Assembly: GCA_000934665.2 (NCBI GenBank)
Contig: JYFJ02001069.1
Location: 62,001-92,297, forward strand
Reading direction: 5' to 3'
DNA: 30,297 nucleotides
From: Catajapyx aquilonaris
Taxonomy: Eukaryota
Part shown: positions 24,601 through 30,297 of the stretch, one piece after another
How the letters are laid out: every line of letters starts with the position of its first letter
Position numbering within the stretch: position 1 is the first letter of the stretch
The notes under the pieces: model-generated
The model's input: only the letters and a program-made list of their open reading frames with translations
Databases searched by the model: none
What the model was told of the DNA's origin: nothing
Made by a program: the position numbers and the translations under genes

Positions 24601-24742
24601 CGGGGTCAATGAGCAGTAAGTGACATGGGGTCAATCCTCCTAGAACTTGCCTGTGTTGTTCGCTTACTCCGATCGGTGGTGGTAGGGACGGTGTCTGTGC
24701 GGCACTGTCACGCCATGGGTGCGGCGGGACGGCCTTCCTCAT
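327..24742 (-). CDS. trio: Trio (triple functional domain protein) Rho-GEF, long isoform, 3'-partial; join(24742-24668, 24593-24379, 23306-22991, 22855-21767, 21226-20369, 20304-19479, 19088-18850, 18754-17969, 17625-17230, 14877-14738, 14665-14566, 651-327)
   Basis: Joined exons give one open frame with GT-AG introns and matching phases (0,2,0,0,0,1,0,0,0,2,0,1). Domain order SEC14 - spectrin repeats - DH - PH - SH3 and motifs [78 protein letters not shown] are characteristic of Trio/Kalirin. Confidence 0.96.
2780..2811. repeat. perfect 15-bp inverted repeat with 2-nt spacer
   Basis: TACTGTCGAGACGAC-AC-GTCGTCTCGACAGTA. Confidence 0.95.
3595..3705. mobile_element. 111-bp hAT-type MITE
   Basis: Ends CAGGGATGGAAAAAGTACCGCTTC / GAAGCGGTTCTTTTTCCATCCCTG (1 mismatch) with a perfect 8-bp target-site duplication GTATTAAC at 3587-3594 and 3706-3713. 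Confidence 0.88.
4390..4419. repeat. poly-C tract containing an N (length unreliable)
   Basis: Homopolymer read directly; similar poly-G tracts at about 2486-2504 (with N) and 29378-29392. Confidence 0.9.
5484..5693 (-). CDS. trio: alternative first coding exon of a short trio isoform (SH3/GEF2 half, no GEF1), 70 codons; exon probably begins at an acceptor at 5816
   Basis: GC-rich [13 protein letters not shown]...[13 protein letters not shown]...[12 protein letters not shown]...RQQ, ATG in good context (AGGATGG), donor CAG|GTCAGC phase 0 matching the acceptor at 651. An in-frame TGA at 5783-5781 excludes use as a coding cassette from the 5816 acceptor. Resembles my recollection of insect Trio short-isoform N-termini (unverified). 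Confidence 0.75.
9550..9740 (-). mobile_element. possible decayed LINE reverse-transcriptase fragment
   Basis: [32 protein letters not shown] resembles the YGI.G....WI..FL..R.Q.V RT segment; no intact catalytic DD motif seen. Confidence 0.3.
10375..10701. mobile_element. degenerate Tc1/mariner-type MITE with long imperfect inverted arms
   Basis: Ends CAGGGTGTT / AACACCCTG followed by TA on the right (TG on the left); about 90-nt subterminal arms (10388-10481, 10575-10670) align as diverged inverted repeats. Confidence 0.7.
12781..13078 (+). mobile_element. probable tRNA-derived SINE
   Basis: tRNA-like head with A-box-like GTGGTGGTGTGGTAA and degenerate B-box GGGTTCC; A-rich tail near 13070; CpG-richer than its flanks. 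Boundaries approximate. Confidence 0.5.
13440..13830 (-). mobile_element. possible highly decayed LINE (CR1/L2-like) 3' remnant
   Basis: Minus-strand fragment [18 protein letters not shown] loosely resembles the conserved LINE ORF2 tail; weak. Confidence 0.25.
14566..14665 (-). CDS. trio: trio exon 11, Ser/acidic linker after PH1
   Basis: Acceptor TAACAG|G phase 2, donor AAG|GTTTGT phase 0; [33 protein letters not shown]. Confidence 0.88.
14738..14877 (-). CDS. trio: trio exon 10, C-terminal helix of PH1 and linker
   Basis: Acceptor TGTTGCAG|GCT, donor AG|GTCAGT phase 2; [20 protein letters not shown] carries the conserved PH-domain Trp. Confidence 0.93.
15003..15676. mobile_element. non-autonomous DNA transposon (MITE-like, 674 bp), superfamily uncertain
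   Basis: Perfect inverted repeat AATGGGGAAGTAGCCTT (15000-15016) / AAGGCTACTTCCCCATT (15663-15679); can be parsed as GGGG...CCCC ends with AT on both flanks; CpG-rich interior in a CpG-poor intron. Confidence 0.75.
15849..15893. repeat. 13-bp inverted repeat with 19-nt loop, probably the core of a palindromic transposon remnant
   Basis: CAGGCCTAGAAAA ... TTTTCTAGGCCTG around CCACTCGCTTCGCTCGCTC. Confidence 0.85.
16264..17135 (+). mobile_element. mariner transposon, internally deleted and inactive (872 bp)
   Basis: 23-bp TIRs TTAGGTCTATGCAAAAGTTTGTG / CACAAACTTTTGCATAGGCCTAA (1 mismatch), TA on both flanks, transposase remnants inside. Confidence 0.95.
16439..17062 (+). pseudogene. mariner transposase pseudogene
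   Basis: Piecewise translation: [30 protein letters not shown] (N-terminal HTH), then [55 protein letters not shown]; multiple stops, frameshifts and a central deletion. Confidence 0.93.
17230..17625 (-). CDS. trio: trio exon 9, end of DH1 and PH1 domain
   Basis: Acceptor TTTACAG|TCA, donor [67 protein letters not shown]. Confidence 0.97.
17969..18754 (-). CDS. trio: trio exon 8, last spectrin repeat and most of the first DH (RhoGEF) domain
   Basis: Acceptor ATTTAG|GAA, donor [82 protein letters not shown]. Confidence 0.97.
18850..19088 (-). CDS. trio: trio exon 7, spectrin repeats
   Basis: Acceptor AAACAG|GT phase 1, donor [36 protein letters not shown]. Confidence 0.95.
19479..20304 (-). 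CDS. trio: trio exon 6, spectrin repeats
   Basis: Acceptor TTTTAG|GTA after a 64-nt intron, donor G|GTCAGT phase 1; [41 protein letters not shown]. Confidence 0.95.
20369..21226 (-). CDS. trio: trio exon 5, spectrin repeats
   Basis: Acceptor CTTACAG|GTT, donor CAG|GTATGT, 858 nt open; [40 protein letters not shown]. Confidence 0.95.
21336..21664. mobile_element. pogo/Tigger-like (Tc1/mariner superfamily) MITE in trio intron 4
   Basis: Ends CACTATATACTCCCGATTATCCGGG / CCCGGATAATTGGGAGTACAGTG are inverted copies with a small indel; TA on both flanks. Confidence 0.8.
21767..22855 (-). CDS. trio: trio exon 4, spectrin repeats
   Basis: Acceptor TTTTAG|GCA, donor CAG|GTTAGT, 1089 nt open; [33 protein letters not shown]. 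Confidence 0.95.
22991..23306 (-). CDS. trio: trio exon 3, SEC14/CRAL-TRIO domain
   Basis: Acceptor TTTTTCAG|T, donor [54 protein letters not shown]. Confidence 0.95.
23591..23918. mobile_element. hAT (Charlie/Buster-like) MITE in trio intron 2
   Basis: TIRs CAGCGGTTTTCAAACT / AGTTCGGGAACCGCTG; 8-bp flanks TTCTAGAG and CTCTAGAC fit the NTCTAGAN target preference; repeated subterminal GTGGTAC motifs. Confidence 0.85.
24379..24593 (-). CDS. trio: trio exon 2, start of SEC14/CRAL-TRIO domain; family-typical Met ([13 protein letters not shown]) at 24557
   Basis: Acceptor TCTACAG| at 24593 (alternative TTGCAG| at 24587); donor AG|GTAGGC phase 2; [15 protein letters not shown] motif. Confidence 0.93.
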
Positions 24743-24950
24743 GACAGTGGGGCCCCTCCCATCCCGGTGGCCTCCGCCCCGGGGCCGCCCCGGCGAGACG
24801 TCCTCCGTCGGCGACGTCGCCCAGACGCCATCTTGGAAAACCCCCTTTTCCTTCCTCTCTGGATCAGTGGTGCCAACTCACGCTGGGTATTTCCCACCGC
24901 CTTAGCAGGCCAGCCAACCTTCCCACGACGCACGTGGGAGGAGGATGGAT
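24400..24950 (-). promoter_or_regulatory. GC/CpG-rich 5' end and probable promoter/first-exon region of trio, with a YY1/Pho-type motif CGCCATCTT at 24826-24834
   Basis: Abrupt GC- and CpG-rich island over exons 1-2, flanked by more AT-rich DNA. TSS not determinable from sequence. Confidence 0.55.
24668..24742 (-). CDS. trio: trio putative first coding exon ([25 protein letters not shown]); may instead be 5' UTR if translation starts at 24557
   Basis: ATG at 24742, 25 open codons, strong donor GGA|GTAAGC in phase 0, 74-nt intron to a phase-0 acceptor at 24593. The peptide is not recognisably conserved. Confidence 0.55.
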
Positions 24951-26170
24951 TGAATAGAGAGGCCAACTCGAATTGTGAAAACACAGCCCCACAATCTATT
25001 CGAAGCAAAAAGTGGTCTAGACGCACACTGATTCTGCACTACGGATTCACTATATATAAAAATCATGCGCACAATGCAGTCCTACGGGGCGGTATTCACA
25101 TGTCATTCAACCCGAGGGAATCAATCATTCACACGTGGCTTGACCTTTCAATATGGAATAATGTTAACATCTTATTATGCATAAATCGATTATGCTTGAG
25201 GTGCTTTGCACAGTGGCTGCAACCTTGAGTAAAAAGACAACTGGGCGGAGGGTTTTTCCTCTGGCGTATTCATTACCGTTTTAACAACACTTTTGAAGCA
25301 CTTCCAAGATTTTACTCACATGAAGGCGTCTCCTTCATCTCGGGGTTTCGGGATAAAGGATGGGAGGAATAAAAATAACGATGCAATGTTGCTCAATACG
25401 AGACTACATCTGAAAGTGTTTAGAAATGTGTCACTCTACCGAGCAATTAACTTCGCCCGCCTGTAATAATATACGTAGAACTTAGGAATAGTGTAATGAT
25501 TTTCTGATGAATATTACTCTTCATGATGATGGATTACTACCCTAGCCGAGCCGGAGTGTTCTGATGTTGTGACGAGGACTTCCCATTTCTCGCGTGCCAT
25601 TTAGGGAAGGTTGAGTTATCCTGGGAGTTAGCTGTTAGCTAGGTTACTGTCAACTGTAAGTCCTGGCATAGGGGTAGCTCTGAAGAGCCAGAATGATCCG
25701 ATAATTGCCCGAGTAATTGGTAAAATTACGTTAAAAGAAGTTAAATGATTAAATAAGCGTGGACGATTTTTTTTACCAACAATTTCATTTTCATGCTCAA
25801 AGTTTGATCAATTATTATTTGTTTTTGTACCTAAGACAATATTAGAGGCTTTTCGTAAGCTCTCCTGTTTTTATTAGCAAATTTTTGTTTTTGTATTATT
25901 CAACCAGTCCCGTTTAAACATGAACGTGTTTCATATAATTGTGTAGCAAATTATTTATACTGTATTAATATTTGCACGGAACTTCTAAACCAAAAATATC
26001 AGAGCAAGACATAATACTGGTCATGATGGCACTTGGCATGTCATCTATTCCATTTTTATAATGACCGCGCCAAGTTAACCACAGCTGTAAATAATTATTT
26101 CACTCTGTGGAGGTTGGTAAATTACAGCAGACCTTACTTCCAAAATACACCTTTAGTCTCTATGCGATCT

Positions 26171-26247
26171 TTCTCATAATTAATTTTATGGTTCGCATTT
26201 CACCTAGACTCTACGTGAAATGCGAACCATAAAATTAATCACGAGAA
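26171..26247. repeat. long hairpin: perfect 25-bp inverted repeat with 11-nt loop plus 8-bp imperfect extension
   Basis: ATTAATTTTATGGTTCGCATTTCAC (26179-26203) / GTGAAATGCGAACCATAAAATTAAT (26215-26239). Confidence 0.95.
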
Positions 26248-27319
26248 TTAACATTTCACATCCTGTAAGTGAGGAATTAGATTAAAACTCGTTTCAATTC
26301 AAAAACTCGTTTCAGTTCTAGTCTCACAGTTGGACATCTAATCTTTCCACCGCTTTCCACAGTGGCACAGTTGGTGGTGTCAAGTATGGGCTAGGCCTAT
26401 ACAGACATCACGTCAGTGATCATTACGTGAGAAGAAAGGACTGAGTAAATGAACACTCAGCTAAAACCAATTCCACGCCCACTAGGGTGCAATGAACTAA
26501 CTGTACTCTGAATAATTAATCTCGACTCACTAATTGTAAGAAAATGGGTGTGCCCGTAGATAGGAACGCATAGTTAAGCGAATCCTTGTTACTGGCTTTG
26601 GGAATCTTACCCAATTTTCATTTCCGTTTATAGCGTTTAATTTCGATTTTGTCAACAACGTTACAATCACCATTTTTTACTACACCTGCCCACCTCATCT
26701 GAATAACTAAACTCTAAAGATATTAAACTGGCCATCAACTTCTTCACTATCTAAGGTTAGAATGGCTAGGTTCTGACTCGATTATGTAACCATTAAAAAG
26801 AAATAATACATGAAAAAATATTCTGAAGCTGCAACGATACAAATATGCTCTCTTCATAACCTGTGTAAAACACTTCGTCAAGGAAGTGTACAGTACCTTG
26901 AAGTTATTACGAGTGCAACACACACAATCATTATAATAATTTGGATGGTAGTAACCTACCAAAAATAATTAATAAATATTTTTAGTAGTTATAACTCTCG
27001 TCCAAACCGTTTTCTATTTGTACATTCCGCATAATTTACATAGTCTGAGCATAATCATCAAAACAACAGACTAGTGAGACTACAATATAATTGTGCCTCT
27101 TCACTTTAGGACTGTGTGGCATTTTGAAATTGGAATAGGAAACTGAGAAGTATAGACCATGGTATATAGACCTATAGGCCTACACTACTTGTTTTTCTCG
27201 ACTTCACTGTTGAACTCAAGACTGTTTTCTACCCCCAGGAAACGCCTCATTTTTCTCACGGAACACGGTCAAGTTTCTTGGCGTGTGTAACGAATTTGGC
27301 TCTCACGCAGAAGCACAGG

Positions 27320-27830
27320 TTATATCACAATAATTGTTGTATACTGGAATAGCAACGACCTGTGAATGCGCGAGTGCCCTTGCATAGACTCCGCTTAATC
27401 CAGGCAATCCAACTTCTACTGTCCGTGGCTGCAATTCATCACGCCATGGGAGTGAAGATTAATTGCAAACGTCAGCAACACGCGTCGGCTAAATTCTTCG
27501 AATCCTTCTTGATTACACCCTGGCAATTCTTTGCGAAAGAAGAGTATAACAAGTAAACTGGGCCGCCTCCAAAATTCTCAAGCCTATGCACCACTTGATG
27601 GCAAAAAAGGGCCTTGTCAATAGTAGGTTGTTCCTATACGTGCTTGGCCTGTTTCTGCTGCTGCTCCTCGTCCAAATTTAACTTCTCCTTACCACTCTTT
27701 TTTTTCTTCCTTATATACCGACCCCACACCCAACTTGCTCCTGCACCCAACTGCACCTAGTTTATTTTCAGCTTCCTGAAAGGAAGACCTAGATCTTTCG
27801 AAACACTGTGAAGTTTTGACTATTCCAGCA
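27320..27830 (+). mobile_element. possible decayed Penelope-like retroelement 3' portion (GIY-YIG remnant plus terminal hammerhead-like motif)
   Basis: Frameshifted fragments LYTGIATT, NARVPLHRLRL, SVAAIHHAMGVKIN, KFFESFLI, YNK*TG fall in the order expected of the Penelope endonuclease, followed by CTGAA...TCGAAAC at 27776-27804. Heavily diverged; by-eye recognition only. Confidence 0.4.
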
Positions 27831-29524
27831 TCAAGTCAGCCACGAGAAAGGACTAGTCTTCTGCAGTGGAGTTCTTCAGGTATGTCACTTCCAATCCCCT
27901 TGCCAATAATGCAATTCCATTGACGTGAGGCAGCAGCAGCATACATATATAGGAGTGTGCCTGATGCCTCTCACAAACAGTGCTGCTGCCGCCGCAAAAG
28001 GGTGCCAAGTCTGATGTGGATCGATTTGCGTGGTGGGCAATGCAAAGTTGGTCTGTAGAGAGTTTCATGCCCTGAGGGGCGACACTCGCAGATTCGGTTT
28101 GCTCTATATTGGATATCACATTTTCAAAACTAATTTGGATACTGTCCAGGAAATTTTGTTCATGACGGGTGACAGGCAGCTCCAGGCTGGGGTCTCCAAA
28201 CCTTTGGGGAACTAAAGTATGAGTTTCGGGTCCTCAGAACAACTGACGGGGCACGAAATTGGGAACAAAAGTGATGTCTCGGTAGACTTTGGGATTAGTC
28301 AAAAAGTAATGTTCTCCAGATCGATTGTACTGAAGTCGAAGTGCCGTGTAACAACAATGTTTACTTCAATTGACAGATCTTGTTGCAGCATCATAGCTTC
28401 TTCTTAATCTATGTACAGCATATCGCAGAGAACGTGGAAAATTATTATTTGTGTCACAAGGTGGCAGATTGTCCATATAATTAGGCTATAGCTTTGTCCC
28501 ATGAACACTTACCTATTTCTGATTATTATCAGATTCTACGTCAAAATTTTACCCCAGTTCGTCGATATTTGACAGAAAATGATTTTAAAAGAAGAAGAAA
28601 TAAGTTTAATATCCTCCCAGTGTGTCTCAGGTGATGGTAGCCCCTACCTGTTTTTGTGGCGAAGTTGTCTAATGTTCTATCTTCTAGGATATCAAAGATG
28701 CAACCTGCTACTACTCTTGGTCGTCTCTCTAATGTAATACAACAAAACGGATTTAATGATGAGGAGAGTATTTTGATGACCAGCAAGCTCCTCAGCAGTT
28801 TAAAAACTTGTACAGTATAGTGCAGTTAAACCTATCTGTTATGGCGGACCCTCGATGCAGCGGAAACTTCTCATTGCAAAATTTTTGATGGATCCCATGG
28901 GAAATTTTTAAACATTTACATTTCAAATCATTTCATATTATTACTATAGTTTTATTAAAAAGTATAACGTAGAAGCATCTTTATCAAAGCATTTTAAACT
29001 GTAGAAATGTAGAACTCTGTAGAACAGAGTGACTCAGCTGTAGGTTTTACTGCACATAATATAGCCAATACATAAAGTCTTAATTTACTATGGCAGCAAT
29101 CCGTTCATTTCTGAAACTTTCTACACGATTAATTTGAAATGGCGGAGATAACACTTACACGACAATATTTAATAATTAATTTGAATGGCAACCCACTGAA
29201 TAGGTTATATTTTCCGCACAATGTTCCTTAACATTAGGACATTAATTATTAACATTAGGGCATTCTGATGTCCTGTACAGGCGTGTAGGCAGAAAATTTT
29301 CGGAGCGGGGCCCGTTTCATCAGCACAAGGTGAACAGGCCGTAAAGCGCGGGGAGCAAGCCCGCCGCAGGTGTAAATGGGGGGGGGGGGGGTTCAAGGTC
29401 ACACGGCTTAGGTGAATGTGGGCGATTTGAATGGGTGTGTATTTGATGAAATTGGTAGCACTTTTTCCAAAAAAATCATGAATTAGTAATTTCTAATGCT
29501 ATTTCAAACTTCCCTGTATATCTT

Positions 29525-29573
29525 CGCGGTCCGGACAAAATCCTGACCGCGGTCCGCCAATTGAATAGCCCTG
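29525..29573. mobile_element. isolated hAT-like transposon end
   Basis: TTGAATAGCCCTG terminus preceded by two CGCGGTCCG subterminal repeats; matching other end not found. Confidence 0.45.
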
Positions 29574-30297
29574 GATTAGATCAAACATTCATATAGTGAT
29601 AGGCTCCCCATGGCAAATTAATTTAGCAGGAAGTTACAAAAATGTAGCGCGGGTTTTTGACTATAAATAATTAGCGCATTACGTCAAGGTACTGTTTATT
29701 ATGTACCTGTACCCTGCCATGTAACTATTTAACCAAAGCGTGCTGTGTTGTGGCTCTCTCTGTGTGAGCTTTCACTGATTACCCAAATCACGGGACTGAT
29801 TTATATAGGCTACATTCATGACGTGATTTCAGTTAGTCAGCAAAAATGGACTTAATATAACTATTATTCGTGCTACAACATAAAACTTCAAGGAAGAATG
29901 GTGCTTGGAATCAATGGTACTGTACTGTCGCCAAGGTTATTATTTGACTATGAATCAGGAGGGAGACCACCACCAAATAACGTGGAAATATATTGAACAT
30001 AAAGTAGGCCTATATGACTGATGTTCTGCCATTTGGCTAAACTTTGTATGAAATATACAGTAATTTCATGACTTTACGTGGAAGCATATATCCTTACTTC
30101 ATATTGCTCTGTAGGCCCTACACTAGTTTTGTGAGTACTCCACTACAATGGAATAAAAATAATAATTATCAGGGCCTCTTACATTATTCCAGTAATGTAT
30201 CCTCCTCAGACCCCTTGTATTGCAGCAGGCAATACAAAATTTCAAGTTCGTTTTGCGCGGGCGTGAACGCGTGATGTCTGTTAGAAGCTCCACTTTG

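Noticed and set aside
27853..28790. Interrupted minus-strand reading frames resembling a decayed LINE ORF1
   Set aside because: Similarity too weak by eye; no intact CCHC knuckle. A tblastx against Repbase would decide.
1..30297. Prokaryote-type systems (CRISPR array, operon, defence island) or a novel multi-gene system
   Set aside because: Spliceosomal exon-intron structure throughout, no repeat-spacer array, and all confident coding sequence is explained by trio and transposon remnants.

Overview
Eukaryotic genomic DNA, arthropod and probably an insect (inferred from gene structure and transposon types). It is dominated by the 5' part of a minus-strand trio gene (Trio/Kalirin/UNC-73 family Rho-GEF). 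I reconstructed 12 coding exons between 24742 and 327. All have GT-AG boundaries and consistent phases, giving 5365 nt (about 1788 codons, or about 1751 from the family-typical Met at 24557). They encode SEC14/CRAL-TRIO, spectrin repeats, DH1-PH1 (GEF1) and SH3; the gene runs off the left edge, where GEF2 is expected. A 13.9-kb intron between the GEF1 block and the SH3 exon holds a probable alternative first coding exon (5693-5484) for a short isoform lacking GEF1. Introns and the upstream flank carry a deleted mariner with intact TIRs, several MITEs, a tRNA-derived SINE and decayed retroelement remnants. I found no new multi-gene system. The most interesting signals are regulatory: a sharp CpG-depletion boundary near 12.4 kb, ~30-codon uORFs ahead of both start sites (one with an ATGA stop/start overlap), a stop-free 72-nt intron, long hairpins and a degenerate hammerhead-like fold in a Penelope-like remnant. 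All family calls are by-eye recognition; no database search was run.
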